Origin: Protoeuglena noctilucae | Lineage: Eukaryota | Assembly (NCBI GenBank): GCA_958009085.1 | Contig: OY253673.1 | Location: forward strand, 186,001-250,000 | DNA: 64,000 nucleotides | Reading direction: 5' to 3' | Shown here: positions 48,930 through 62,380 of the stretch, piece by piece | Layout of the letters: each line of letters starts with the position of its first letter | How positions within the stretch are numbered: position 1 is the stretch's first letter | Position numbers and translations under genes: made by a program | The notes under the pieces: generated by a model | What the model was told of the DNA's origin: nothing | Databases searched by the model: none | What the model saw: the letters and a program-made list of their open reading frames with translations, nothing else

Positions 48930-51900
48930 TCACTTGTCCATCTCCGCCTGCAGGGCGCGCGCCGCGGTCGGCCAGCCCCGGTCCGCGTGGAAGGATCCCC
49001 ACGCGGTGTCATCCGCCGGCCGGGGTGCGTAGGGGCGGCGCGTGTGCTGCACAAACGGCGAGATGCCATCGGTCCTATGACCGCACCGCGATCCCTCTCT
49101 CGGCTCCCAGAACCCCCACACGCACGACATGACAGGGTGTTAAGCAGATGGGGCTGCCCGCAGCGCTGTGGCTTGGCATGGCCACATACAGGTCCGCCCT
49201 CTGCTACCCTCTCAAAGCTCACCTGCGCCAGCATGTAGTTGTACGTCATCTCTATCAGGCGCTTGTCGTCGGGGAAGGCCTCGCGAACCCTGCAGAGCCA
49301 ACGCCACCCAGGGTGAGTAACAGGGCCGTCACCCAAGCCCCACGCGTGTTCCAGCAAATCGCCTCATCTCGCGTGTGATTACAGACCTTCTGATGTCGCA
49401 CATAGTGTGAGGGGCGTCACAACGCACCGCGGCAGCCTCACCTGTCGTGCAGGGCCTGTGCCGCCTGGGGCGTGACCCCGACTCCGCGCTCGGCCAGGAT
49501 CTCAAACAGCGCCACGCAGACGGGCGCCGATCGAGCGCGGACGGCGGCCTTGTGGATCAACGACGTGGCGACGAAGAAGTGCAAGTGCAGGTCTCGCTTG
49601 CCCGCCGCCAGCCCCAGCAGCTGCACCACCGTGGGCTCCACCGCCTCGTCCGGGCCGCCCCGCTCCATCAAGTCCAGGCCGAGGTCCACGAGACTCAGCA
49701 GCGTCGTCGACATCGGGAACTCCGAGTCGTTCATGCCCCTCCCCTCGTCCATGTCCGCCCACTCCGTCCTGCCGCTGGGCGCGCCCTGGGGTAAACCCTC
49801 CACGCTCTCTCGGAAAACGTCCACGGCATCGAACCACTCCGACGTCGCCGACGCCAGGACTTGGCGCGTGCGCCGGGCTTGCTGTGGAGAAGGGGGCGCG
49901 GGTGCATGGTCGGGGGCGTGGGCAGTGCGGAGGCCGTGTGGCGGGCGGAATTGAATGTGAGCATGTTGGTACTGTCTGCCCTCCCTGCCTCAGAGATCGC
50001 TGTGATTGCAAACGGCTCTCGCTTGAGCTCTCACCGCCGTTTCAGCTGCCTCAGTCAGCGCACGGGTCAATCCGTCCTCGCCCCGCCCCTCGGCGCCTTC
50101 CCCGCCGGCGTCACGAGCGCCCCACAGCTGCTGGTGCAGGCGCTCGGGCGGCGCGGGGCCCGGGATGCTGCGGGGCACCGCGATGGGAGACGACGGCTTG
50201 CTTTGCCGCAGGACCAGGCGCCAGGGACAGGGGTGGCTCCTCAGTCCTCAGCAGGCCTTTCATATACCCGTACTGCCACCTCACCTCCGCTCTCTCAGCG
50301 CTCGATCCACTTCCACCCGCGGCGGCAGTGGCAGCTGCATCTGCAAAGGCAATACACTCGCAGTCACACCCTCCGCATCACCGACAGCGCCCCGCAGGAA
50401 GCTGCTAGTACCCGCCCGCTGCTCAAGTCTCACCTGCCCACCCAAATTGGCAGCGAGGTCCCCACCCCTGCCCCTCTGATGCGCGAGGTGCGCTTTCCAC
50501 CCGGTCAGCCTAGGCGGGCCCACGCCGCCCCACGCTGCCACGTCCATTGCTGATGTCGAGCCCCACACGGCCTCGTCGCCTGCAGAAGTGAAAGCATTCA
50601 CTATTGCTGGGCCATGGGCCATGGGCAAGGCATGGGCACAACACGCCAAGAGAGCGTTTGGAACAGCATGCAGACCCCCAACGGCACTCACCGCCCCGCG
50701 CCGCGTCCTCGTCGGTCCCCGTGCGCAGCCCCGGCACCGCGTACCCCAGCGCTAGACCGTGGAGGGCCATGCGCGCGCGGATGACCCGCACCCCGCACGC
50801 CACCGCCAGCATCCGCCACGTCAGCATCGTCTCTTCCACTTTCGACGGCATCGGCACCGACACCGACTGCGCCACCAAGTCGTCCGCGGCGGCCTTATCC
50901 CCGACCTGCGCGCCGGATGCCGCAGTTTCAGAGCCGCAGCCAGGACCCGTCTGCTGTGGCCAACGCAGTCACTGCAGCGCGCTGGCCCCTCGCCTTGCCA
51001 AACACCTCGGCCGCCGCAAGCAGGCACATGTACGAATCCTGGCCTTTCTTCTTGGGCTGCCGAGTGACATCGACGTAGGCCCCGGCAAACACCGCCCCTG
51101 CTGAGTCGACGTATTTGGCCTCCTGCGGACCAGACAACGGCAAGCGAGTCAATTGAAGGGAATGCAACGACCATTTGAAGCTACAGTGGTCAGACAGAGC
51201 GCCAACTGGCCACAGAGGGAGCCACCGTGCAGGGTGCGATGGGCCCGCCATCAACGCCCTTCGCTGGTGCAGCATGCGGGGCGTCGGCTGCTTTGACTGT
51301 CCTGCATGAGACGAGGACGCCGGCGCTCGTCGTCGTCTCACCTCGAGCAAATCCCGGATGCACTTGCGATTCCATTCCCACGGGCGCCCAGGCACGGGCC
51401 ATATGTACATGCGGATCATGGACGCTAGGTAGTTCTCGTCGGCCTGCATGTCGCGGAACGAGCAGGATATGAGAGAGGCAGGAGGACAAGTTCAGCCATG
51501 CACAGCGCAGGGAGTGTGTCGTCACAGCCGGGGCGAGCCGCGGAGCCGCCTGTCCCTCGCTCACACCGCAGGCACTGCGTCTAGTCCAGGCACTGAAGGT
51601 TTTGAATATTCAAATGCACTCGCCTTGACCCCCATTTCGGACATCTTGGCCTCCAATCGCTGCACCATGGACCAGTCGCCCACCATGGCGATGTTCAGCA
51701 GCATCTGCGAGGCACGGCGAGGCTCGACGCGTTTGGTTGGGAACGAGTCACACGGACAGCTTCGCAGATGCCGCGACGCCCGCTGATGCGCTGGGCTCTT
51801 TGGCAAGGACCTTGCCTGGGAGAAGTGCAGCGGTGACGGTGGCGGGGACACCTCAGCGATGCTGTCGAGCAGACGGAAGGCGTCCTCGTGCAGGCTCAGC

Positions 51901-52802
51901 CGGCCCATCGCTGCGGGCGAAGCGACGCGCGCGGTGCTTCGCCAGACAGCCTAGACAGCGAGCGGCTCCTGTCGCAGGCAAGAGGGTGTCAGCCACGGTG
52001 CCTTCGTTTCGCACCTGCCAGCGCCATGTGGTAGAGGCTCGTGGTGGGACGAAAACCCCGACGTAGGTAAGTCCGCCAGGCTTGCAGGGCCATGGACGGG
52101 CGGTGCATGACGAGGAAGGACCGCATCAGTGCTGCATACGCCTCCGCGGGGACCATCAGCCCATCCGCCTCCATGCTCGCGACCTGCGCGAGCACGGATA
52201 TCGCCCGGCAGCACGTCAGGCAAGCTGTGGACACAGTAGACAAAGCACACGCATGAGTGCCCGAGCACACCCAGAGACGCACCACATCTGGGATGCGGTT
52301 GTGGAGTTCCCGGCGCTGCAGCTCCCTGATGAAACCCATGGCCTCGTTCACTGGGAGCGGAAAACGTCACTCGGCTGCAGCAGCGGCGGCAGAACAGCGA
52401 ATGCACAGCGTGACACGCCCGCCGCAGCTCCACACCTGTCCTCAGCGGGGCCCACATGCCCTGACCCACTTCTCTCAATATCTCTGACACGTCCGACGTG
52501 CCCCTTCTGTCCGAGCCGGGATCGTCGGGCCGCTCGTCGCGGTGGCTCGCGACTGAACTAGACACCCCTCGCGAGACCACCTCCCCCGGCCCGATAGCCG
52601 CTGCCGGCGACATGCACCGGCCGCGGCAACCATCATGAACGCATCGGGAACCAAATCCCCTCGCCGCCAAGCCCCTAGCCGTCCTGCGGTCCCACGCTGC
52701 CCGCGGTCGTGTTGCGCCTCCCGGCAGCCGGGGTCCGGCCGCGACAAGGAAGATGCAGAGCGCCCGAAAGACTTCAGCGACGTGTCGTCCCTTGGACGTC
52801 AT
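48930..52802 (-). CDS. Helical-repeat (PPR-like) protein, probably organelle-targeted
   Basis: MEADGLMVPAEAYAALMRSF...ALQAWRTYLRRGFRPTTSLYHMAL and MSEMGVKADENYLASMIRMY resemble PPR motifs. Many short exons; ends approximate. Confidence 0.55.
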
Positions 52803-53172
52803 CAAAAACGTGATTGGATGCCCGGGGTCGTCGAACAAGGACCCCCTCAAGTGCTTTGCAGCAATGTGGGCTCCGAGGGACTATGCACAGCGCCTGCTAT
52901 CAACCCGCGGTACGCTTGACAGCACATGTGCACGATGGCAGTGCCCGGGGCAGCAGATGTGCGTGCAAATGTGTATTCAGGCGCCTGACTGGCGTCAAAG
53001 AGCTGTCCAGAGTTGTTGGCTCGGCCTCTCCCGCGCCTGTCGAGTTTGTCGTGCTCAGCATGTGCAGAACAGCGTAGGCCAAGTCCTGGCATGCGCCGTA
53101 GCGGAGCCAAGCAACCTCTGGCTCTGCGCCACTCCTTCCTGGGCAGCCTGATGTTGCGTCGTGACCGAGGCA

Positions 53173-56100
53173 ATGACGGATGACTTTGCGGAGCTTGAAG
53201 CGCAGATTGCTGCGCTTCAGCAGAACAACCGCTGGAAGAAGGAGGACGCGAAGCAGGCGACAGGTGCAGGCACCGCCTCCGCGAGCTCTAACGCTGTCCT
53301 TTTGAGCCATGCGCTGGACCTTGACGAAAGGCTCAAGTGAGCTGCTGGTTGCCGGTGGTTGCGCGGCTCCAACACACATCGCGCGCTCGGTCGCCCACGC
53401 AGTCGGTCGGCTCGTGGTGGAGGCGCCCGAGAAGAATGCAGGCGACGCCTCCGCCGAGCGCTCTCGCTTTGCGACGCTGGAGGTCTGGGAGGTGGAGGCC
53501 GAACTCGCGGAAGGTGCGATGACCGCCACCGCGCATGCAGCGATGGTAACATGCACGACGTTCATCGCCCTGGACGCCATCCCCGGCCCCGCTCTGCCTG
53601 CCCGTGATACATGGACTTCGTTGCATATCAAACATTCGTTCACGATCCTCTGGGCTCGCCCACCCGCAGCGTTCGACACGTCCGCTCTGCTGCAACATGA
53701 GGAAATCACCAGCTTCGACAAGGTCCGCGTGGGGGAGGCGTTTTCGTCTGACGCTATGGACGACTTCAAGAACTTCATGGCCACAATCATCCAGGTGCCC
53801 GCCGCGGGGAACGGAGGCCGCAGCGAGGAGCCCGGCGTCACGATGCATGAGGTCGCAGCGCACTCTCGAGCCCCTGCGCCCCCGCAGTCTCAAATTCGTG
53901 GTTGGCTCCAGCAGCGAGAGTACCGCAGGATGCACCAGGCCGCGAGCAAGGTGCAGCGGCGCTTCCGCTTCTACTTCCGGCACAAGGACTTCATCAAGCG
54001 GTACGAGTACCGAATGGCGCGAAGAATTCAGGTGACGCTGCCCCGGGCGCGTATCCAGAAATTTTGCGCTCATGTGGATGTCACGGGGTTGTGCAATGCC
54101 TTGGACAACGCGACCTAGAGCCATGCGAAAGGGTGGCATGCCGGGACCGCCTCCGCTCCGCCGCGCTCGCAGCGGGCATGGCGCGGCCACCGGGACAGCC
54201 GCATCTATTCCTTTTACCGCGACATCATCACCTCCAAGCAGCGCACCGACCCCGTCCAGGTCCTGCGATGCATTAACCCCCGGGAAGCCCAGCTGCTTGA
54301 GGCAGGCTCAGGTGCCGGTCGCAGCGGCGGCAGAGATCCCGCGCCGCGCAGCCTCCCGCGCGAGCGCATCCCCCGTGTGCCTCTCTCGCAGGCCTCGTCG
54401 TGCGTTTCCGGCTGGGTGGCGCCACCTTCCCACCGCTCATCTACTACAAAATCTTCACAAAGAACCCGGTGGTGGACATCAACGCCTTCGCGCCGAGAAA
54501 CTACGCTCAGGAGGACGAGAGCGAGCTGAGGGCGCGGGAAGCAGCCCACCAGAGGTGCGGCGGGGCTGTCAGCACGGCATGCAGCGAGGCTTTCCAACAG
54601 CTGCATGCTGTGCATGGAACGACAGAGGAGCTCCGCGTCCCCGGCGCCTCGCAGAGTGAGGCACGAGGCGACGCAAGTCAAGGGCTACGAGGGCGATGCG
54701 GCGTACTCGACCTGCACCGTGGGCATGGCGCTGCGTGAGAGAGCGGGTGCGCAGGAGCGGGGGACGTTGAGAGCCGGAGACGGGGCGGGTTCGAAGGAAC
54801 CACCGCCGTCCACGTCGGCCTTTGGGGGCGCGGAGATGGGCAGCACGGGCCCGGCGCACGTGACGGTGCCGCGTGCCGCACGCGCGCCAGTAAACGAGGG
54901 CGAGTTTCTGCTGGAGGAGGTCCTGGTGGAGTACATCAAGCCCGATGGGTCCGTGGGCCGGCGCCCCGCCGTCGGGTGGTACCACCGGGGCGGGTGCAAC
55001 GGCTGGCGGGCCGTGTCGGACCGTGCGGTGATCCTCGACGAGCCGGTGGCGGAGGCCAAGGCCGCGCGGCGCGTGTTCCAGCCCATCCCGCAGCTGCGGC
55101 GGGAGGAGCGCGTGCGGCGCATCCGGGAGAGGCGCCTCGAGTGGCTGCGGCGCGCCTTCGGGATGGCCAAGGAGGGGCGCGCGTTGGACAACGCATCGGG
55201 CGACGCATCCGAGAACATAAGGGGTGCGCCTGCGAGCATGTCGGGCGTGGTGGAGGACGCCGTGTACGCGCACAGCGTGGGGGCCTCCCTGGGCACGGTC
55301 GATGAGGAGGTGGACGCGCTGTTAGAGGGCGATGACGACGCGCTGCTGCGGTGGACGGACGCGCTCGACTACGAGGGCTACTTGGAGACGTGGGAGGGCA
55401 TGGCGTCGACGGAGGTGGCGGGAGAGTGGCTCCTGGAGGCCCGGACGGCACGACCACACACCTCCGAGCTGCTGGCGGGGGGGCCGGAGGTGGAGTTGGG
55501 GATGCGGGAGCTGCTGTCGGGCCTGCAGTCGCGGGACGCGCACGGCGCCATGATGGGCGAGAGCGGGCTGCGGCTGATGAGGGAGGCGCTGGCGGCGGGG
55601 GTGGACGGGGGCTGGGGCGATCCTCAGGGGCCGGGGTCGGCGCCGCGCGTGGCCGGGGGCGCGGGTGGCGCAGAGGTTGAGGTGGCAGAGGCAGAGGCGG
55701 CGCAGACGGGGCCGTCCGTGCGCGGCGAGCTGGGCGTGGTGCCCAATGAGGCTGCCGAGGTGGCGCAGGAGCCGCTGGCGGCGGATCGCAGCCTGGGTGA
55801 CATGATGCGGGGGTCGGTGGTGGCGCCGCACCGGGCGACCCCGCCACAGGTGCAGCAGCCGCTGCGGGTGGAGGGGAGCGAGGAGGGCGCGGGGCCGGCG
55901 CAGAGATTCGAATCTCAGTCAGAGAGCTGGGGCGCGTGGCGGCGCGCGGGGAGTCATGTGGGAGCGTCCGTGTCTGGGAAGGGCGACGGGGGGCAGGCCA
56001 AGCCGAGGCTGGCGGCGGTGGTGGCGGCCGCGTCGGTCGCGCCCTGGTGGGGCCCGCAGATGTCGCTGTCTCGCATGCCGGGTACCGCTGAGCCCCTGGA

Positions 56101-56615
56101 GCCGGACGACCTGACCGTGATGACGGTGCGTAGCACCAAGGGCGATGTCGTGCGCATCACGGGGACAAGGGAGCGGCGCCACGAGGGCGAGGCGTCCCTC
56201 ATCGCGGGCACCGACGCCATCCAGAAAGCCAACGCGGCGCTGTCCAAGGTGAGCAAGGTCGCGTGTTTGAGAATCCGCTCGGCGCACCGACTGGCGTCCA
56301 TTGGCGTCGTTTATGGGATAGCACAGCGGGCTTCACCCTGGGGCACAAGTGACCCGCCCACCCCAGGACACCTCCCCGCTTCCCTCGCAGCGGTCGTCGC
56401 CCGTCGGCAAGCGCGGCGGGTCGCCGGTGCGCGGGGCTGCGGGCCCCGCACCCGAGGCGTCGCAGAAGAGCGCGGCGTCCAAGGACAGCGCCCAGGGGCG
56501 CAGCAAGCCAGGCGCCGAGCGCAGCGCGGTGTCCAAGTTCTCTTCGACGGCCTCTTTGGAGCAAGTGGATGAGCAGGTGGTGGGACCCTGGGCGGGGACC
56601 CAGGGTGAACCTTGA
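53173..56615 (+). CDS. IQ-motif protein of the C11orf65/MFI family
   Basis: Three IQ-like motifs (IQSQIRG, VQRRFR, IQRAWRG), VLRCINPREAQLL, RFRLGGATFPPLIYYKIFT..FAPRNY, GWY..NGWR, LLRWTDALDY. Confidence 0.85.
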
Positions 56616-56888
56616 TGACGCGACCCTTGTCCCGGCATCGGGGCTGGCCCGCGCGTGCATGAGCGGCGATGTGACCCTAGCCATCGTGGCACCTTGGCTT
56701 CCTTACCCTGTAACCTGCTGCTCTCCATGTGATGTGCGTCTGGCATGTCTGGGCGCGCTTCAATGCCACAGATGTTCAGAGATGCCTCGTTAGTTCAAGG
56801 CCCGGCCTGGGTGCCATTTCTTCGCACAAGAGCCAGGCAGTCTTTCGCACTTGGTGACGCGCGCACAGCCACCGGCGTCGTCTGCTGC

Positions 56889-59800
56889 TCAGTGGTAAAA
56901 GACGCGCGAGCCAAAGGAGCAGCCGTCATCGAAGGCGCCCGTCCCCGGGGCACAGCAGGACAGCCAGGATGAGAAGATGAGCGGACCGCGCTCCTCGCCG
57001 TCGATAACCTGCCCTGCCGTCGGATCGCTCTCCCGCCGCTCGGTGCAGACCTGCGACGCGCCGACACAGGACGGGTCATGCACCCCAGCTGTGCATGGGA
57101 CGCGCCTACCCCAGACTACCTGGGCCTGCCTGCCAGCACCCAGAACCCTCCCGTTGCGATGCTGTGCCAGCCTCACCGACTCGCGCTGGATGCACGACCT
57201 CATGCCCCCGTCCTTCTGGCCCACCCAGCAGGGAATGCCCTCCGCAACGCTGGGGGAGTGCGACACCCGGTGCATCATGCCTGCGTGCCGGCCCATCTCC
57301 TCCCACAGGCCCGTGTCTGCGCGAATGGGAATCGAACAGACACACCTCAGACGCGTCAAGCGCGTTTGATGCAATGCAGCCGTGACCCATGACTCACTGC
57401 GCATGTGAGCCACACGAGCCAGGCCATGCTCCCCTATCTTCCTGCTTTTAAACTCACCGTAGGGGTTGACGTCGAAGGTAGCCGGCGTGTAGCTCGCTTG
57501 CACCCGGGCGTCGATCCTCCACACCTGCGACCCGCCCACCTTGTAGGCCAGCTCCGGCCGCAGCATCACCTCCTCAATGCGCGCGTACGTGGCATTCATA
57601 AGCTGCTGCGTCAGGGCCAGCTGGTCGGGAGGGAGGTGGCGACTGGGTTGCAAAGGGCGAGACGAAGGGTGAGAGTGGAGGTCAAGTGGCCTGTGGGGTG
57701 CGTATCATGCGGACACTAGGCCGGCTTGGGAGCAGGTGGCGCTGCATGGGCATGACATGAGCTGGTCACTTGCAGTTGGTCTTGGATGACTCGGTGAGGA
57801 AGTAAGCGGAGACGAGCCAGGAGATGAGCTGGTTCCATGCCCCGCCCTCGCAGATCTCCGTCGCAGATGCCCACTGCGCACACGCATGGGTGATTGCGTG
57901 CGACATGGCAGACATGTGAGGGAAGTGTTGACCGATGCAAAGAATAGAGCCTTGAATATGCATGTACTGGTGCGCGAGCTGGGCAGAGGCTGATGCTGGG
58001 ACATCATGGGCGTTGTTCTGACAGCCTGGCAGGGCCAGTGCCCGCACCACCGCGGCGCCCACCGTCCCGTAGCGCCGCTCACGTTGAGGACTGGGTGCCC
58101 GAACTCCTCCAGCACCACCGGCATCTTGAGGCGCTCGTTGGCCACTTGCACGTGCTGAGTCAGCCAGGTACTGGTGAAGGTCATGTCGGGGTCAGCAATG
58201 CCCCAGCGCTTGGGCCAGGCGTGTACTGCAGGCAGAGAGCAGGCAAAACGTGCAGCAAGCTTGCAAGACGACCCTGGCTTAGGCACCCAACAAATCAGCG
58301 TGGATGGCCATCCATGTCACGCCGCGACCGCACCTGTCGCGAAATCGATGCCCTTGATGAGGTGGTTTCGAATGAACCGCTGTCCCATCTGCGCCATCCA
58401 CTGCCCCTCCCTGCGTCAAAGGAGCCGAGTTCTGCTCTGGTCACACCCTCGCCGCGTCTCACGGGCCTCGCATGCACAGCACGTATGCCAATGCCGCAGC
58501 AAGGGCGCCGCGGCGCTCGCGAGTCACTTCTGCCACGCGACAGGGACGCGGTCCTCGTAGGAGAAGAATCCCTCGGACCCGATGGACAGCAGGTGCTTGT
58601 CGTCGATCTGACGGAACGCAGCTGCCGCCTTCTCCAGCCACCGATGAAGCAGCTCTTCGCAGTCGGGCACCGCCCACGTCTCGCACCGGGGCTCGTTGAT
58701 CAGATTGAACCCGAAGATGGCCGGATCGTCCTTGTACACCCGGTGCGTGTACTTGTTCCGGCGGTTCAGGATGCGGTGGACGTGCTGCGGGTGCTCGAGG
58801 TGCGGTGAACGTGCTGCGGGAGGGCCGTGCGTGCAAAGAGACTCCGCATGCTGCCACTCGGTTAGAGGACAACAGCAACATGTCACTTACTTCCACTTAA
58901 GTTACCTTTTGGGAAGAAAAGGGGCTACCTTCTCCTGGCAACGCCACCCGCGCCGCCTCACCTTCGCGTACAAGTCCCAGGTGTGGGGGTCTGAGAAGAA
59001 CAGCGCCTGTCGCTCCGCCAGGAGCCGCTTCTGCTTGTCGGTGACCAAATTGTAGTCGACGTCGCCCGTCACTGCGTCAGGAGCGCGCGCATGTCGCTGG
59101 TGAACACAGTTTTGATGTCAGGGCACCCCCCGTCATCACCCGCAGCAATTCACGGCAGGCCTTGCCCCTCGCTTCCCGCAGCCAGCCACGGTGGTAGCGA
59201 CAGCGGCGTGACGGTCCCTGCCACGCCCCCCATGCAAGAGCTGGCGCAAACCCCGTCCTCTGCACACCTGGGTCCTTGGGGATGTGCGTGTCCAAGGCAT
59301 CGAGGGAGGCAACCGTGGGAGACCAGTCCAGGTACTGTGGCACGCTCGACCAGTTGTCGATGAGCACCAGCAGCACCTTGATGTCGTACATCTTGGCCAG
59401 ATAGAGCGTGTAGTCCAGACCTGCAAAGCGCAAGGCGACACAGCCGGACGTGCAAGGAAGGGCCAAGCGGGCGGACCGGCCAAACAGCAACGGTGATGCT
59501 CTCACCGTCCAGCACGGCCTCGTCATACTTGTCGGGCGCCACTTGCATCTTGCGCTCGCCCTGCACGTTCGTGGCCCACACACGCAGCACCGACAGGTGG
59601 TTTCTGGCGGCATCGTCGAAGAGCTCCTGCATGGCATCGGGACCTGCAAATCTGCGTGCTTACTGCCGGCGAGCGCGGCGCGGACGGGAGGCATGCGGCA
59701 GGCTCGCTCGCCTTCACAATCTCCCGCCCCGTCTTGCCGCCGCGCGTGGCGTGCGCGGGCGGGTTGATGGTCGGGACCACCGACAGGTCATGCGTGTTCC

Positions 59801-60187
59801 ATCCCGCCCAGTAGAAGGCCCTCCCGTCCAGGTCAAAGCGGCCCTCCTGTGGCAATTTGGAGGGGAAAGGATGCAGGCACGGCACAGCACGGAGCGCTGG
59901 CAGCGGCTGCGGTCTTGCCTGGCGCGGCCTCACCGGCGACACACGGACGAAGCCCTGGTGGTGTTGCTGCTTGGAGGCGGTCACAGCCCAAGTGATGACG
60001 TAGCCGCCCACGACCACCAGCAGGGCGACGGCGACGACGATGCACCAGCAGCACTTGGGCCGGCGGAAGATCCGCCTGCGGCAAAGCGGAGAGTCGAGCG
60101 AAGTCGGGCCTGGAGAGGAGGGTGGCAGTGCGGACTACGTAGACGGGGATGCGGGCCTCACTTCGGCTTTGGATCCTCCGTGGCCAT
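56889..60187 (-). CDS. GH5 endo-beta-1,4-mannanase-like glycoside hydrolase with N-terminal signal anchor
   Basis: FYWAGWN, VLRVWA, YKDDPAIFGFNLINEPRC (acid/base Glu), HLLSIGSEGFF, HAWP, MPVVLEEFG (nucleophile Glu). Confidence 0.9.
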
Positions 60188-60737
60188 GGGGACCCGTGCC
60201 TCTGACCCCTTTCTCTGCGTCAATGCCAGCACCTGACTGAATGTACTGCGAACGACAGATGGAGGTGGTGTCAAGCTCCCGCGCCGGCCCCAGGCAAGCC
60301 AGGATAGCCCGGATGCATGCATCCGAGGTGAAGGGCTCGGCCCCCGGCGAACCCCAGCGCGTCTTTTCGGCAGAAATTAGGCTTCATGCTGTCTGAAAAA
60401 GCGCTTTCATCATCCCGCGCGTTCGTTCGTCGGGACCGGCACTCGGCCCTCCCCAGAAATCAAGGCCCGCTGCTGACGGAGATGGCGACCGCTGACGTTG
60501 GCCAGCTGATCTCTACCCCGTATACCTTCAGGTCGCAGCGCGTGAGCCCGCACCCGCCCTCGCCTGGTGTCGCTGCGGCTTCAACCAGGCGCTGCGTTGA
60601 CCCACGGCGATGCTGGGCCATCCGCGCGCGCTGCAGTAAGCTTGCAGTAGGTCTAAAGATGTCTTAGCCAGCACACCATGCTGAGCCCCCTCCCGGCGCT
60701 GGTGGCTGACGCACCAGCGCGACATGGCCTGACCTGA

Positions 60738-61870
60738 CTACGCGTTCGCCGGGTAGCAGACGATGCGACTGGTCGGGCTCAGGGGAGGCGCGAACCTACA
60801 ACCACGAAGCGTCGTGTGATGGCGGGGCCAGACTCCCCCATGCCCAGCGCTCAGGATCATTGGGCCTTCCACTTCACAGCATCACCACACCTGCTGTCCC
60901 CACACAAAAGGCTCGTCGTCATCTCGAGCTCGTACTTGCACGTTGCGTCCTCCCGCACCGACTGCAGCACCGTCATGTCGCTGTGGCTGCACGAGTAGGT
61001 CACCTTGGCCTCCCGCGGCCGCCCCGTGAGGTCGCAGGGGGTCCCCTGCCCGAGAGAGAAGCTGAGGACCTGACTTGAGTCGTGCTGCGAAGACCCTTTG
61101 GTCGGTTCCACCTCCACGGTCAGCGGACCCCCGCCTCGTGCGCTCCCCAGCACGTACTCCTCCGACACCTCGCCCGCTTCGTCCTGGTGGAACTGCCGCA
61201 CCTGCGCAGCGGGCGAACGGAAGCAGAATATGCCTCGCAAGCCCGCATTCTGCGAGTCGGACGCGGGGAGAGAGGGACGGCGAGCGCGGAGGGGTCGCGG
61301 GCCGCTCACGTGGTCCGGATGGCAGACCTCGAACGTCCACCACCCCTCCTTGCGCACGAAGCACTTGCCAAGCAGAGGGAGGAGGAGGTCAGCTGGGCTG
61401 CCGTGCTTGGCCTCCGCCTGCGGGCCCGGAACGACGCGCGTCAAGTCCCAACAGTTCCGACAAACGCGACGCGCGAAAGCCGGGGTTCGGAAGTTCATGC
61501 GGGCTACCTCGCGATTCGTGCGCCCCTTGCCTGCGCAACGGGCACGACGGCCGAGTCCCCGGGCGCCGGCAGCACGCATTGGAAGCGCATCCACGAAGCC
61601 AGTGTGATGGGCATGACCCGCTGCCCGGGCTTGAGCGCCGGCATCGCGCCATCCATCGCCATGACCGTGTACTTTGGAAACAAGTAGCCATCTGCGGCAC
61701 AGAGGCGGTGCATTGACTCATGAACTCGAGAGGCACGCGTCCACCTGTTTCTCCACCTGTCGAGAGTTACCCGAGAAGCTGGGGAGGTCTATGGGGAGCA
61801 CCCCTGCAACCAGTGCCACCCACGCCCAGCTGGCCACGAGGACCAGGAGAAGCCCGCCCGCCATCCTCAT
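60738..61870 (-). CDS. OS9: OS-9-like ER lectin (MRH/PRKCSH domain)
   Basis: Signal peptide, CFVRKEGWWTFEVC..VRQFH, GTPCDLTGRPR..C..VRE..TCKY..LLC, last exon RIVCYPANA*. Confidence 0.88.
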
Positions 61871-62380
61871 GCCGCAGCGCGTTGCCATGCCATGGCGCCG
61901 TGGCGCGGCCCCGAGGCTGCAGCTCTTGGCCGAAGACCCCGACAGTCGAGGCCTGACCCGCGCCGTCGGATCTGCCGAGTTGTCCCGGCCAGCCATTGCC
62001 TTCTCTGACAAGGGTAACAGGCGGCTGCCCCGAATTCCTCCCACCGGCCCCGCACGCATCAAATCACCCTTGCGCGGGGCAAGTTGGAGTGTCTAGAGCC
62101 CGAACGACGTGGTGGATCGTGCAGAGAGGTCAGGTGGGCGCGGGAGTAGCAAAAGCCTCCTCGTGGCCGGGTCTTTTTTCGCCCCGCGTGGGCCAATGGA
62201 CCCACGCTAGCCCGCCACCCCTGTCTGCCCCATTAGCAAGCTAAATAATCTAGCTCCTGCCATGCGCACAGGCCTCCGGGACCGCGGAACGAGCGGGGGG
62301 GGCCTGTACCTGGTCGAGGCGATGTGCTAGCGCACGCCATGGCTTTGCGCCGGAATCAGCGCCATTGATTTGTCTCTCCA

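Noticed and set aside
3088..56615. Mitophagy/fission gene cluster (ATG7, NIPSNAP, FIS1, MFI-like)
   Set aside because: The genes are scattered over 50 kb among unrelated housekeeping genes, which is consistent with chance.
29116..56714. TGTAA chlorophyte poly(A) signal as a general feature
   Set aside because: Seen after SmB (about 29116) and the MFI-like gene (about 56710) but not after most other genes, so I did not annotate it.
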